From an uncultured delta proteobacterium (GTDB taxonomy: Bacteria > Myxococcota_A > Polyangia > Palsa-1104): a stretch of DNA of 64,000 nt. The stretch spans positions 160,001-224,000 of the forward strand of contig CAWAWS010000003.1 of the NCBI GenBank assembly GCA_963785725.1, in the 5' to 3' direction. The notes under the pieces are model-generated. The model saw only the letters and a program-made list of their open reading frames with translations. It searched no databases and was not told the origin of the DNA. Positions 1 to 11,442 of this stretch are shown here, piece after piece (position 1 is the first letter of the stretch; the number at the start of each line of letters is the position of its first letter). The position numbers and the translations under genes are program-made.

Positions 1-484
1 GAGCGCGACGGCCTCGGCGATAACCTCGTTCCCGACTACGTGACGCAGCGTGCGCGCCGGCGCCTATTACGGTTGGCCTTGGTATTACATGGGCAACCAC
101 GAAGACCCGCGGCTCAAAGGCGCGCGCCCCGATTTGGCCGGCAAAGCGACGGTTCCCGATGTCTTGTTACAGCCGCATTCGGCGTCGTTGGAAATGACGT
201 TTTACGACGGTAACGCGTTTCCCGCCGCTTATAAGGGTGACGGTTTCTCGGCATTGCACGGCTCATGGAATCGCGCCGGCCGCACCGGCTATAAGGTCGT
301 CCGCATTCGCACCGAACACGGCATACCGACGGGCGAATACGAAGACTTCCTCGTCGGCTTCGTCGTCGACGAGGACAAAGTGTGGGGCCGCCCGGTCGGC
401 GTCGCCGTCGCCCACGACGGCGCGCTCTTGATCAGCGAAGACGGCAACAGCACGATCTGGCGCGTCACGTATACCGGCCGCTAA
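1..484 (+). CDS. PQQ-dependent glucose/sorbosone dehydrogenase family protein, 3' part (5' end outside window; apparent +1 frameshift near 46)
   Basis: Frame 1 from base 1 reads ERDGLGDNLVPDYVT. Frame 2 continues (S)VRAGAYYGWPW...LHGSWNR...GRPVGV...DGALLISED, all typical sorbosone-dehydrogenase motifs. Confidence 0.85.
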
Positions 485-501
485 TCGGCCAACTGAATTC
501 G

Positions 502-3500
502 TTACGGCTCGTAATTCAGATTCGGGCTCAGCCAGCGCTCGACTTCGGCGATCGTCATGCCTTTACGCGCGTGATAGTCGGCCACCTGATCGCGATCGAT
601 CTTACCCAGCGTGAAATACCGCGACTCCGGATGCGCGAAATAGAGCCCGCTGACGCTCGATCCCGGCCACATCGCGTACGACTCGGTCAATTTCATTCCC
701 GTCTTCGCTTCGACGTCCAATAAGCGCCACAGAATACCCTTCTCCGTATGATCGGGGCACGCCGGATATCCCGCCGCCGGCCGCAGACCGCGATATTTCT
801 CGGCGATCAACTGTTCCGGCGTCAGATTCTCGGCGCGACCATAACCCCATTCATCGCGCACGCGTTTATGCAGATATTCGGCGAACGCCTCGGCCAGGCG
901 ATCGGCCAGCGCCTCGGCCATGATGGCGTTGTAATCGTCCAGCTTGGCTTTGAATCCGTCGCACAGCTCCTTCAACCCGATACCGGTCGTGACCGCGAAT
1001 GCGCCCACATGATCGGCCATTCGCGTCGCCTTGGGCGCGACGAAATCCGACAAGCTGCGCGAGGGCTCGCCCTTTTCGCGCTGCGTCTGCTGGCGCAAGA
1101 AATGAAACCGCTCGCGCACTTCCGCGCGCGATTCATCGGTATAGAGCTCGATATCATCGCCGACCGTATTCGCCGGAAACAGGCCATACACCGCGCGCGC
1201 CGTCAGCAGCTTATCGGCGATGATCGTATCGAGCAGCGCATTGGCCTCCTTGAACAAGAGCCGCGCCTGCTCGCCGTACTTCTCGTGCTCGAAAATGCGC
1301 GGATAGACGCCTTTCAATTCCCACGTATGAAAGAACGGCGTCCAATCGATATAGTCGCGCAGCACGGCCAGCAGGAAATCGTCGATCACTTGCGCGCCGA
1401 TGCGCTCCGGCCGCGGCAGATCCTCTTCACGCCACACGATCGGCGTGCGATTGGCGCGCGCGTCGGCGAGCGGAATCAGCTTATGCCGCGACGTCCCGTG
1501 CGTACGCCGCAGCTTCTCGTATTCTTCGCGATGCTGCGCGACGAACGCCGCTTTGTTCTCGCGGCTCAATAAACTCGTGGTCACGGGAACGGCGCGGCTG
1601 GCGTCGAGCACGTGCACGACCGGCTCCGAGTAATGCGGCGCGATCTTCACCGCCGTGTGCGCGCGGCTCGTCGTCGCGCCGCCGATCAACAGCGGCAACT
1701 TGAAATTCAGCCGCTCCATTTCGCGCGCGACGTGCGTCATCTCATCGAGCGACGGCGTAATCAGCCCGCTCAAGCCGATCAGATCGGCCTTCTCCGCTTT
1801 GGCGCGCTCCAAAATCTTCTCGCACGACACCATGACGCCCATATCGATGACGTCGTAATTGTTACAAGCGAGCACGACGCCGACGATATTCTTGCCGATA
1901 TCGTGCACGTCGCCTTTGACCGTCGCCAACACGATCTTGCCTTGCGTGCGCACCACTTCGCCCGCCGCCGCTTGCGCCGCTTTCTCCGCTTCCATGAACG
2001 GCGTCAAATAAGCGACCGCCTTCTTCATGACGCGCGCCGATTTGACGACCTGCGGCAAGAACATCTTACCGGCACCAAAAAGATCGCCGACGACGCTCAT
2101 TCCGTCCATCAGCGGCCCTTCGATGACGAGCAGCGGACGACCTAATTTGGCGCGCGCCTCTTCGGTGTCGACCTCGATGAAGGCTTCGATTCCTTTGACG
2201 AGCGCATGCGAAAGGCGCGCTTCGACCGTGCCCTTACGCCACTCTTCTTCCTGCTTTTGCGCGGCCGCCGTGCCGCCCGCCGCCTGCGTCTTCAGCTTCT
2301 CGCCGAAGTCGACCAAGCGCTCGGTGGCATCGGGACGGCGATTGAGCAGCACGTCCTCGACCAGCACTTTGAGCTCGGGCTCGATCTCCTCGTAGACCTC
2401 GAGCATACCGGCGTTGACGATACCCATGTCCATGCCGGCGGCGATGGCGTGAAAGAGAAACGCCGAATGCATCGCCTCGCGAACGCGATTATTGCCGCGA
2501 AAGCTGAATGAGATATTGGAGACGCCGCCGCTCACCTTGGCGTGCGGCAGATTCTCCTTGATCCAGCGGGTGGCCGCGATGAAGTCGAGCGCGTAATTGT
2601 TGTGCTCCTCCATGCCCGTGGCCACGGTGAGGATATTGGGATCGAAGATGATGTCTTCGGGCGGGAAGCCCACTTCATCGACGAGAATGCGATAGGCCCG
2701 CTCGCAAATGCGAATCTTGTCTTGATAAGTGGCCGCTTGGCCTTGCTCGTCGAACGCCATGACGACGACGGCGGCGCCGTATTTCAATACAGTCAGCGCG
2801 TTCTGCCGAAACTTGTCCTCGCCCTCTTTGAGCGAGATCGAATTGACGATGCCTTTACCTTGTAAGCATTTCAGGCCCGCTTCGATGACGATCCACTTGG
2901 ACGAATCGACCATGAACGGCACCTTCGCCACTTCCGGCTCGCTCGCCAGCAGCGACAAAAAGCGACTCATGGCGGCGACGCCGTCGATCATGCCTTCGTC
3001 CATGCAAATATCGATGACGTTGGCGCCGTTCTCGACTTGTTGCCGCGCGATGCTGACGGCCTCTTCGTAATTCCCCTCTTTGATCAGCTTGGCGAACTTG
3101 GGCGAGCCGGCGACATTGGTGCGCTCGCCGATCATCAAATACGTGCCCGGCTGCGACGTAAACGGCTGCGACCCCGACAGACGCAACGGCCGCTCGGGCT
3201 CGAAGCCGACGCGCGGCACGGCGATCGACGAGTGGTCGACGATCGCCCGCGGCGCGCGACCCGTCAAGGCTCGGCTAATCGCCGCGACATGCTCGGGCGT
3301 ATTGCCGCAGCAGCCGCCGGCGATATTCAACAGGCCGCCCTCCGCGAAATCGCCGAGAAAGCGCGCCATATCGGCCGGCTCCAAGTCGAACCCGGTGGGC
3401 GACAACGGATTCGGCAAGCCGGCGTTGGGATAACAGGAAATGGCGCAATCGGACTTCTCCGACAGCTCCGTCAAAAACGGATACATCAGATCGGGGCCGA

Positions 3501-4311
3501 GCGAGCAATTGAGGCCGACCGCGAGCGGATTGGCGTGTTTGACCGCGTTCCAAAAGGCTTCGATCGTCTGCGCCGAGATCATGGTCTCGCCACCGCGACC
3601 GACCGCCGCCGAGACCATGATCGGCAGCTCTTTATGATCTTCCGCGAAGACGTCGGCGATGGCGACGAGCGCCGCTTTGGCGTTGAGCGAATCGAATATC
3701 GTCTCGACCAATAGAATATCGGAGCCGCCGGCGATGAGCGCGCGCACCTGCTCGGCATAGGCGATTCGCACTTGGTCGAACGTGACGACACGAAAGCCGG
3801 CGTCATCGGCGTCGGGCGAATTCGACAACGAGACCGTGAGCGGGCCAATGGCGCCGGCCACGAAGCGCGGCTTGCCGTCGACTTGCGCCATGCGGTCGGC
3901 CAATTCGCGGCATTGCCGCGCCGACTGCTCGTTGATCTCCCACGCCAGACCGCTCAACATCTTGTCTTCGATGATGCGCTGATAGAACTCGGGATCTTTG
4001 CGTCCGCCGTGCTCGCGCGGATCGTCGACGAAGAATTCGCTCTGCGTGATGCTGGTGGCGCCGAACGTATTGGTCTCGATGATATCGGCGCCCGCCTCCA
4101 AAAAGCGCCGATGAATGTCGCAGATCATCTTCGGCTGCGTGAGCGAGAATAGATCGCCGTTATTCAGCAGGTCTTTATTGGCATGTTTGAAGCGCTCGCC
4201 GCGAATATCCGCTTCGCTCATTCCATAGCTGCGAATGGTCGTTCCCATCGCACCATCGATGATGACGATGCGCTGCGCGAGAAGCTGCTTCAGTGGGTGA
4301 AGCTGGGACAT
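502..4311 (-). CDS. metH: Cobalamin-dependent methionine synthase
   Basis: 1269 aa with DGAMGT, GGCCG (Zn), IGERTN pterin domain, [11 protein letters not shown] cobalamin motif and [12 protein letters not shown] reactivation domain. Confidence 0.98.
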   Translation of the reverse strand: MSQLHPLKQLLAQRIVIIDGAMGTTIRSYGMSEADIRGERFKHANKDLLNNGDLFSLTQPKMICDIHRRFLEAGADIIETNTFGATSITQSEFFVDDPREHGGRKDPEFYQRIIEDKMLSGLAWEINEQSARQCRELADRMAQVDGKPRFVAGAIGPLTVSLSNSPDADDAGFRVVTFDQVRIAYAEQVRALIAGGSDILLVETIFDSLNAKAALVAIADVFAEDHKELPIMVSAAVGRGGETMISAQTIEAFWNAVKHANPLAVGLNCSLGPDLMYPFLTELSEKSDCAISCYPNAGLPNPLSPTGFDLEPADMARFLGDFAEGGLLNIAGGCCGNTPEHVAAISRALTGRAPRAIVDHSSIAVPRVGFEPERPLRLSGSQPFTSQPGTYLMIGERTNVAGSPKFAKLIKEGNYEEAVSIARQQVENGANVIDICMDEGMIDGVAAMSRFLSLLASEPEVAKVPFMVDSSKWIVIEAGLKCLQGKGIVNSISLKEGEDKFRQNALTVLKYGAAVVVMAFDEQGQAATYQDKIRICERAYRILVDEVGFPPEDIIFDPNILTVATGMEEHNNYALDFIAATRWIKENLPHAKVSGGVSNISFSFRGNNRVREAMHSAFLFHAIAAGMDMGIVNAGMLEVYEEIEPELKVLVEDVLLNRRPDATERLVDFGEKLKTQAAGGTAAAQKQEEEWRKGTVEARLSHALVKGIEAFIEVDTEEARAKLGRPLLVIEGPLMDGMSVVGDLFGAGKMFLPQVVKSARVMKKAVAYLTPFMEAEKAAQAAAGEVVRTQGKIVLATVKGDVHDIGKNIVGVVLACNNYDVIDMGVMVSCEKILERAKAEKADLIGLSGLITPSLDEMTHVAREMERLNFKLPLLIGGATTSRAHTAVKIAPHYSEPVVHVLDASRAVPVTTSLLSRENKAAFVAQHREEYEKLRRTHGTSRHKLIPLADARANRTPIVWREEDLPRPERIGAQVIDDFLLAVLRDYIDWTPFFHTWELKGVYPRIFEHEKYGEQARLLFKEANALLDTIIADKLLTARAVYGLFPANTVGDDIELYTDESRAEVRERFHFLRQQTQREKGEPSRSLSDFVAPKATRMADHVGAFAVTTGIGLKELCDGFKAKLDDYNAIMAEALADRLAEAFAEYLHKRVRDEWGYGRAENLTPEQLIAEKYRGLRPAAGYPACPDHTEKGILWRLLDVEAKTGMKLTESYAMWPGSSVSGLYFAHPESRYFTLGKIDRDQVADYHARKGMTIAEVERWLSPNLNYEP

Positions 4312-4352
4312 TTAAACGACGTCTCCTTGCCGGTCATTCTGCCTATTCGACA

Positions 4353-5333
4353 TCATTGACTGCTCGCGCTCTCCGCCTTGACGCTGCGCTGCGGATGCGC
4401 CGATTTGGCGCGCGGCAGCTTGTCCGCGATCGCCAACACGACCTGCAGATGCGGCTTGCGCGCCTCGCGACAGGCGACGCCACAAGACGCGACGTCGAGC
4501 CCCACTTTCGTCAACAATCGCTTCAATGCCCGCGGCGCGAACCCCGGATGGCGCTCGCCATAACGCGCGGTCACTTCGATCTGCTTATGCTGGTCGAGAC
4601 ACAACAAGACGAGCCGGCCGCCCGGCCGCAATACGCGCGCACATTCGGCGAGCGCCCGCGCCGGCTGCGCCGCGTACGTCAGCGTATGAAACATCAAGAC
4701 GGTGTCGAATGACGCGTCGGCGAATGGTAACGCGTGCACGTCGGCGACTTGCGCGCGCACGTGCGACTGTTTCGCCAGTCGCTCTTTGGCCGCCTCGATC
4801 ATGCGGTCATTGGTGTCGATACAGGTGAGCGTGCGGCAATAAGGCGCGAGCGAGCTGGCGGCCGCGCCGTCGCCGGAGCCGGCGTCGAGCACGTCGCCGA
4901 GGTCGAGCAGCGCCGCGATGCCGACGGCCAAGGAATGCCACGTGCGGCCGGGCGAGTAATCGCGCTCGATCTCGTCGACGAGCGCCTCGGGCAGCCCGCC
5001 GCGGCGCTCGGCCTCGAGGTCGAGCAGGCGCTTTTGATCGCCGTCGAGCGTCGGGTCGTTCGACGCCGCGGCCTCGTCGAGCAGCACGCGCGCCGTCGCC
5101 GGCAAGCGATCGGTCGCCAGCGCGTAGAACGACTGCGAGCCCTTGCGCCGATCGCGCACGAAGCCGGCGTCGCGCAAGCGGCCGAGGTGCGTCGAGACGC
5201 GCGGCTGCGGAATTCCGGTGACGCGCACGAGCTCGGTGACGCACAGCTCCCGGTCGCGCAAGAGCGCGCACAAGCGAATGCGGCTCTCGTCGCCGAGCAG
5301 GTTCAGCGTGTCGATGTAGTGCGCCAGGCTCAT
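4353..5333 (-). CDS. ArsR-type HTH fused to a SAM-binding methyltransferase domain (SahR/SamR-like methionine/SAM-cycle regulator)
   Basis: N-terminal ArsR HTH (RIRLCALL..ELCVTEL..QPRVSTHLGRLRDAG), C-terminal VLDAGSGDG SAM motif, directly upstream of metH on the same strand. Confidence 0.9.
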   Translation of the reverse strand: MSLAHYIDTLNLLGDESRIRLCALLRDRELCVTELVRVTGIPQPRVSTHLGRLRDAGFVRDRRKGSQSFYALATDRLPATARVLLDEAAASNDPTLDGDQKRLLDLEAERRGGLPEALVDEIERDYSPGRTWHSLAVGIAALLDLGDVLDAGSGDGAAASSLAPYCRTLTCIDTNDRMIEAAKERLAKQSHVRAQVADVHALPFADASFDTVLMFHTLTYAAQPARALAECARVLRPGGRLVLLCLDQHKQIEVTARYGERHPGFAPRALKRLLTKVGLDVASCGVACREARKPHLQVVLAIADKLPRAKSAHPQRSVKAESASSQ

Positions 5334-5339
5334 ATGCGA

Positions 5340-5383
5340 ATATCCCGATTGGCAGATATAGGAGGATCGCGCACCGCTGTCAA
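5340..5383 (-). promoter_or_regulatory. sigma70 promoter (TTGACA-N17-TATATC) overlapped by the palindromic operator ATATC-N10-GATAT
   Basis: Minus-strand TTGACA at 5383-5378, 17-nt spacer, TATATC at 5360-5355. Palindrome ATATCccgattggcaGATAT at 5340-5359. Confidence 0.75.
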
Positions 5384-5472
5384 GCGGCGTCGACGAGGCG
5401 CGTCATGACCCTTACAGCGTCTGGTGCCATGGTTTCAATGACTTGCGTGCTGCGGTACGCTGGCGAGCGCGC

Positions 5473-6297
<825 letters not shown>

Positions 6298-7389
6298 CGC
6301 CGTCGTAAGCGCCGCTCGTGCGGATCCAGCGATTGAGCGCGTCGCGCTTGGCTTCGCCGGCGGCGGTGTGCAGCTGCGTGCCGTCGAACGGCATGATGGT
6401 GCCGCCGAGGACGACGCGGCCGAGCGCGTGCGCGCGATCGATGATTTGGCGATGGGCGGCGATGAGCTGCGCCGCCGTCGGCAGAGGCTCGTCGGCCGTC
6501 GCGGGCGTGATGATGTCATTGATGCCGAGCAGCACGACGATGAACTTCACGCCCGGCTGCGCCAAGACGTCGCGATCGAGCCGCGCCAGCGCGTTGTCGC
6601 TGCCGAGCTCGCGCAGGAGCGCGTTGCCGCTGATGCCGGCGTTGACGACGGCGCGCGGCGGCGCGTGCTTGGCCGTTTGCAGCCGCTCGGCGAAGAAGTT
6701 GGTCCAGCGATGGTTGGTGTCGGTCGTCGACTGCATGCCGTCGGTGATGGAGTCGCCGAACGCGACGATCAGCTCGGCGCGCGCGCTCGCTTCGACGTCG
6801 ACGCCGGACAGGACGTACCAAGACTCCGACGAGCCGGCCGGGCGGAAGGATTCGGCGCCGCCAAAGTCGCCGGCGGCCGACAGATACGTCGTCTGCTCGG
6901 CGGTGGCGTGCTCGGTCCCGATCTGTTGTGCGCCGGGAAAGTACAGGCTGATCGCGAGATCGGTCGACGCCGACACCGGCAAGGCCAAGGCGTCGCTGAC
7001 GACGAGCGCGCCCGGCGGAATCGTCACGCTCGTCGCGCCGCCGAACGTGAGCGCGCGATCGCTGCCGGTCACGATCGCCGCCTGCGCGCGCTGAAACGCC
7101 ACATGCGCCGCGCCGATCGTCAACGGCACTCTGCCGTACGTGTTCGACAGCTTGACGGCGAGGCGCTCGCCGCCGAGGCTGAGGCGCACCACCTGCCGCA
7201 GCGTTTGACCGTCGACGCGCAGCGGCGGATCGGCCGGCTGCGGGCTCGCGGTCCAGCTGGCGATGAAGCGGCGCTCGCGATCGCGCCAACCGGACGGGCG
7301 CAGACAGCCGGCCAGCGACGTGACCAACAACAGCAGCGGCACGAGCCAAGCCGAGCGCGACGAAGAGGTCATGGCGTTCGCCGGCTGCG

Positions 7390-8343
7390 CTATTGCCCGA
7401 GGTCGGCGGGCGCGGCGCCGTCGCGCTTTTCGTGGGCGCGGCGGCTGTAGGACTCGCTGTAGACGTCGGCGCGAAAGCGCAGCAGCGGATCGGCCGACAA
7501 CTCGAGGCCGGGGACGACGCCGGTCGGATCGAACACCAGCGTCTCGAGCGCGCGCTGATCGGGCGCGACGGCGGTGACGGTCAGCGTGCCGGCGTCGAGC
7601 GTGCGGCGATTGTCGGGCCAGGCGCGCGTGGCGTCGTCGAGCGGATCGCCGGGCGCGGGAAGCTGCAGCTGCAGCCGCCACGACAACGGGCCCGTCGCCA
7701 AGCGCGCGCGCAGCTCGGCCAACAAATATTGCGCGTGCGGCGCGCCGTTTTGCGGCGCGACGGTGGCGGCGGGAATCCAGGCATAACGAAACGGCTGCCG
7801 CGTCGCATCCGGCGCCACGAGGCCATACGTGTGAATGCCGTTGAAGCGCACGTGCGCGAAGCTCGTCGCCGGCCGCATCGTGGCGATCGCCTTGACGGCC
7901 GCGAACGCCGACGGCCGCGACCACAGATACGCCAGAATCTTCAGCGGATTGGGCTTACCGAACAGCGACGGCTTCTGCGCGCGCGTAATCCGTATGAAAT
8001 CCTCGGGCGTGCGGGCGACGAACGACGGCAGATTCGCCGCCGCCCAGCTGGCCACGGCGCCCGACGGCAGCTGGAAGCGCACCGCCAAGCCCAGCACTTT
8101 GCCGACGGTGGGCGACATGCGATCGGGCGCGTGCGGGCTGCCCGAGGCGTTCGACAGCCGCACCTGCGCGGGGATGGCGGCGCCTTGGAAGTGCTCGGCC
8201 GTCGTCAGCGCGCGCATCGCCGGCGTCGCCGCGAACGTGGCCGCGCACACCAGGCCGCGCGCATGGGCGCGACGATAGCCGCGCTCGACGCCGGTGTATT
8301 TCTCCATCGCTTCGACAGCGGAATCGACGAGCGGCGAGCTCAC
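7390..8343 (-). CDS. Catalase-related heme peroxidase (SrpA-like small catalase)
   Basis: RRAHARG distal His, RLSNASG, FDP..V.PG, DPLLRFRADVYSESY proximal Tyr. Confidence 0.9.
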   Translation of the reverse strand: MSSPLVDSAVEAMEKYTGVERGYRRAHARGLVCAATFAATPAMRALTTAEHFQGAAIPAQVRLSNASGSPHAPDRMSPTVGKVLGLAVRFQLPSGAVASWAAANLPSFVARTPEDFIRITRAQKPSLFGKPNPLKILAYLWSRPSAFAAVKAIATMRPATSFAHVRFNGIHTYGLVAPDATRQPFRYAWIPAATVAPQNGAPHAQYLLAELRARLATGPLSWRLQLQLPAPGDPLDDATRAWPDNRRTLDAGTLTVTAVAPDQRALETLVFDPTGVVPGLELSADPLLRFRADVYSESYSRRAHEKRDGAAPADLGQ

Positions 8344-8406
8344 GGCGGGCTCCTCTTCTCTGTGTCACCGCTGAACATTGCGGCGGCCGGGACGGTAGCA
8401 CGAACC

Positions 8407-9180
8407 TCAGCGGCGATCGCAGACCGCGAGGACGCCCATGAACTGCCCGTCGTCGTAGCGGTTCAGCGACGGCGCGTAGAGGCGCGAGATGGTGCCGTCG
8501 AGATAGAGCGCGTCGGCGCAGCCGAGTCGGTCGCGAAAGAGGCAGGCGAAGTCCCAGAACGTGATCGGTCCGCGCGTGACGGCGAGCCAGACTTCGTTGG
8601 GCGTGCGCACGCCGACGCCGCTGCGGATGAGCGCGTTGTGCGACGCGTGGATGAAGCGCGGATGCAAGACGCCGCCGGCGAGCAAGAGCGGGCCCGATTG
8701 CGTCGCCAGCTGCACGTCGCGCGCGTCGAAGCGGCTCGACTCGACCACGCTCGCGCCCGCTTTACCGACGAGGAATACGCCGTTGGGCAAGAGGTAGAAG
8801 TTGCCGTCGCCGCCGCCGCGCGCCAGCGGATGGCGCACCTGGCCGTCTTCGATGTGCACGCCGACGGGCGCGTCGGTGGCGAAGATGCCGGCGTTGGTCA
8901 GCGCCACCGGCCGCTCGCCGCGCGCGCGTAGCCAGTCGTCGACGGCGCGCAAGCTGCCGAAGCGGCTGCCGTCGGGCCGCTGCCAATGCAGCGACAGGCG
9001 CGCGCGGGTCAGCTCGACGCAGACGAGATCGACGTCGACGCCGGCGTATTCGATCGTCGACACCCCGACGCCGGGCGGCCGCTGGACGTTTTTGCGGCGC
9101 GCGAGCGCAGGCTGAGCCAAGAGGTCGGCGCCGAGCGCGGCCAAGCCGCCCAGCCACGCGCGTCGCGACAGGCGCATCAC
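8407..9180 (-). CDS. Phosphodiester glycosidase (NAGPA/YigE-like), Tat-exported
   Basis: SRRAWL twin-arginine signal; NAGIF, GNFYLLPNGVF, QSGPLL, RSGVG and ALYLDG motifs. Confidence 0.88.
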   Translation of the reverse strand: MMRLSRRAWLGGLAALGADLLAQPALARRKNVQRPPGVGVSTIEYAGVDVDLVCVELTRARLSLHWQRPDGSRFGSLRAVDDWLRARGERPVALTNAGIFATDAPVGVHIEDGQVRHPLARGGGDGNFYLLPNGVFLVGKAGASVVESSRFDARDVQLATQSGPLLLAGGVLHPRFIHASHNALIRSGVGVRTPNEVWLAVTRGPITFWDFACLFRDRLGCADALYLDGTISRLYAPSLNRYDDGQFMGVLAVCDRR

Positions 9181-9230
9181 GCCATTCTACGACGTGCGGC
9201 GCGGCGAGCTACCTCTTGGATTCGCGAGAG

Positions 9231-9446
9231 TTAGCGGGCGACGCAGGTCGAACAGTCGTGCGTCGGGTCGCCGCTGCCGAAGATGCCGGTGTCGGGCGTG
9301 GCCGCCAGCGTCACCGAGTCGCCGGGCGATTCGAACGTCGGCCGCTGCTGCTTCGTCATTTCGCGAAACTGCTTGTGAACCGCCATGCTCTGCGGCGTAT
9401 CGGCACAACCGGCGACGAGAAGGCAGCCCAAGATCCAGCGCTTCAT
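9231..9446 (-). CDS. Small hypothetical lipoprotein with C-terminal HxCxxC
   Basis: MKRWILGCLLVAGC lipobox, GC-rich codon usage, ends HDCSTCVAR. Confidence 0.65.
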   Translation of the reverse strand: MKRWILGCLLVAGCADTPQSMAVHKQFREMTKQQRPTFESPGDSVTLAATPDTGIFGSGDPTHDCSTCVAR

Positions 9447-9548
9447 GCCGATCGCATAGCACGAGCGGCACAAAGCGTACAGCCGCGCGCATGAACGCGC
9501 ACGCCGGCCGTCACGGCGGCGTCACGATCGCGGTTTCCGGCGTTGCGG

Positions 9549-11321
9549 CTACAGCCGCGGCGCGTGGTCGGCGTCGGCGCGCGTGCGCTGGTCGATCGGC
9601 TGGCTGGCGAGCACGAACACGACGAGCCGCGACCACGGCGCGCCCGGCGAACGATAGTGCGCGACGGCGATGGCGACGTTCTGGAGCCGCGGCTGCAGCA
9701 GATCCTGCGGAAACACCAGCGCCTCGAGCGACGACGTCTCGAACACCCAGCCGAGGAGCTGCGTGCCCGGATGCGTCTCGGCCGCGTGGTGCAGCGCGCG
9801 ATGGAGCGCCGGCGAAGGCGCGCTCTGTCCGCTCTGCACGCGCGCCGCCGCCTCCTCGACCTCGCGCGTCAGCTCGGGCGACGCCGGCAGCGGCGCCATC
9901 GCCGTCGTCACGCGGGCGTGCGTGAGCCGGCCGAGCAGGCGCTGCGCGTCGGCGCCGTGGTTGGCCCCGTCGAACAGCTGATAGCTCGACGCGACCAGGC
10001 CGACGAGCGGATTCTTGGCGTCGACGACGGGACCGAGCGCCACGAGCCGCGTCGCGCGATCGAGCAGCGCCTCGCGACCCGACGGCCGCTCCAGCATGCT
10101 GTCGACGAGCCGCCCCAGATCCTGCGTGTGCGCGACGAGACCGTAGGTGAAGCCGCCCGAGCGAATGTTGCCGTCGACCTCCCAGCCGGCGCGTAGGCCG
10201 AGCACGACCTCGTCGACCACCTGCTCGGGCTCGGTGCCGGCGAGCGCGGCGAAATAGTGCGGCGCCACCGCTGCGGCGACGGCGCTCTGCCGCTCCGACA
10301 GCGCCACCGGCGGCAGGCCGGCGTCGTGGCGCACGTCGTTGATGAGGCCGAGCAGCTGCGCGCGCGGCTCCGGTCCGACGGGCAGCGCGCGGTTGACGTA
10401 GCCGGCGCTGTCGTAGCTGTTGCCGGGCGCGCCTTGCGGCCACACGATCAGGCGCGCCGCGACGGTGCCGACGATGCGGCCGGCCTGAAACGACGCGATC
10501 TCGAGCCACGCGCTCGTGTCGTTGACGTCGGCGTCGCAGCTGACGAGGAAGCGCGGCAACGCGATCGTCGGATCGACGGCGCAGCGGCCGAAGCCGAAGT
10601 GGCCGCGATTGATGAGCGCCTCGACGTGCTCGGCCGGCGCCAACAGCTCGCCCTGCACGTTGACGGTTCCGGTCGGCCCGGTCTGCAGCGCCAGCGGCTC
10701 GAGCTTGGCCTGCAGCCGCGAGGTCACGATCATGGCGACGGCGCGATCGCCTTGCCGGCCGAACCAAATGGCCGCGCGCTGGCTGCCGTGCAGCATCGCG
10801 CGCAGCTCCGTCGTCAGATTGGGGCGAATTTGCGTGAACAGCGCGGCCTCGGGACCGCTCGTGTGGCCGGGGAAATAGCGGAAGCTCAAGGTGTCGGACA
10901 CGGCGCCGCAGCGCGCGGCGATGAACGCCGCCAGCCGCTCGGTCGGCAGCGCGTCCTTGGCGACATAAAAGAGGCCGGTCTCGCGCGCCACGCAGTGCAG
11001 GCTCTCGGGCAGCGCGATGGCGCCGTTTTGCTCGCCGGCGAGCTGCTCCAAGAGCGCCTGCCAAGCCGAGTCGTCGTGATGCGGCTGGGCGACGATGCCG
11101 TCGGGCAAGGGGCCGGTCAACGGCCAGCGCTCGACGTCCGCGGCCGCGGTGCGCACGAGCTTGGCCGGCGCCGGCGCCGCGGCGATGCGCTCGAGCCGCT
11201 CGCGCGACGGAAACTGCTCGCGAAAGGCGCGCGCCGCCGCCTCTTCCTGCGCGCTGCCTTTCGTGGTCGCGCAGCCGGCCGCGCAACACGTCGCCAACGC
11301 CATCAGCCACAGCCGCTTCAT
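9549..11321 (-). CDS. Hypothetical lipoprotein with CAP/SCP-like domain(s)
   Basis: AAGC lipobox. LLGLINDVRHDAGLPPV and a second degenerate LLGRLTHARVTTAMAPL resemble CAP-domain first helices. Confidence 0.65.
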   Translation of the reverse strand: MKRLWLMALATCCAAGCATTKGSAQEEAAARAFREQFPSRERLERIAAAPAPAKLVRTAAADVERWPLTGPLPDGIVAQPHHDDSAWQALLEQLAGEQNGAIALPESLHCVARETGLFYVAKDALPTERLAAFIAARCGAVSDTLSFRYFPGHTSGPEAALFTQIRPNLTTELRAMLHGSQRAAIWFGRQGDRAVAMIVTSRLQAKLEPLALQTGPTGTVNVQGELLAPAEHVEALINRGHFGFGRCAVDPTIALPRFLVSCDADVNDTSAWLEIASFQAGRIVGTVAARLIVWPQGAPGNSYDSAGYVNRALPVGPEPRAQLLGLINDVRHDAGLPPVALSERQSAVAAAVAPHYFAALAGTEPEQVVDEVVLGLRAGWEVDGNIRSGGFTYGLVAHTQDLGRLVDSMLERPSGREALLDRATRLVALGPVVDAKNPLVGLVASSYQLFDGANHGADAQRLLGRLTHARVTTAMAPLPASPELTREVEEAAARVQSGQSAPSPALHRALHHAAETHPGTQLLGWVFETSSLEALVFPQDLLQPRLQNVAIAVAHYRSPGAPWSRLVVFVLASQPIDQRTRADADHAPRL

Positions 11322-11442
11322 CGCGATCTCGCGCATGAACGCCGCCATAGCACGAGAGGCGCAACCGATTTGGTGGCGATGATCACGAGGAACGAGCGGA
11401 ATGGACGAATGAAGGATCGAGGCTAGCGGACTCGAGCGAAGG

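Noticed and set aside
4312..4352. SAM or cobalamin riboswitch before metH
   Set aside because: The gap is only 41 bp and has no riboswitch consensus; the upstream protein operator explains regulation.
7393..11426. Long Arg/Ala-rich antisense and alternate-frame ORFs (also throughout the window)
   Set aside because: These are shadow ORFs expected in high-GC DNA opposite well-supported genes.
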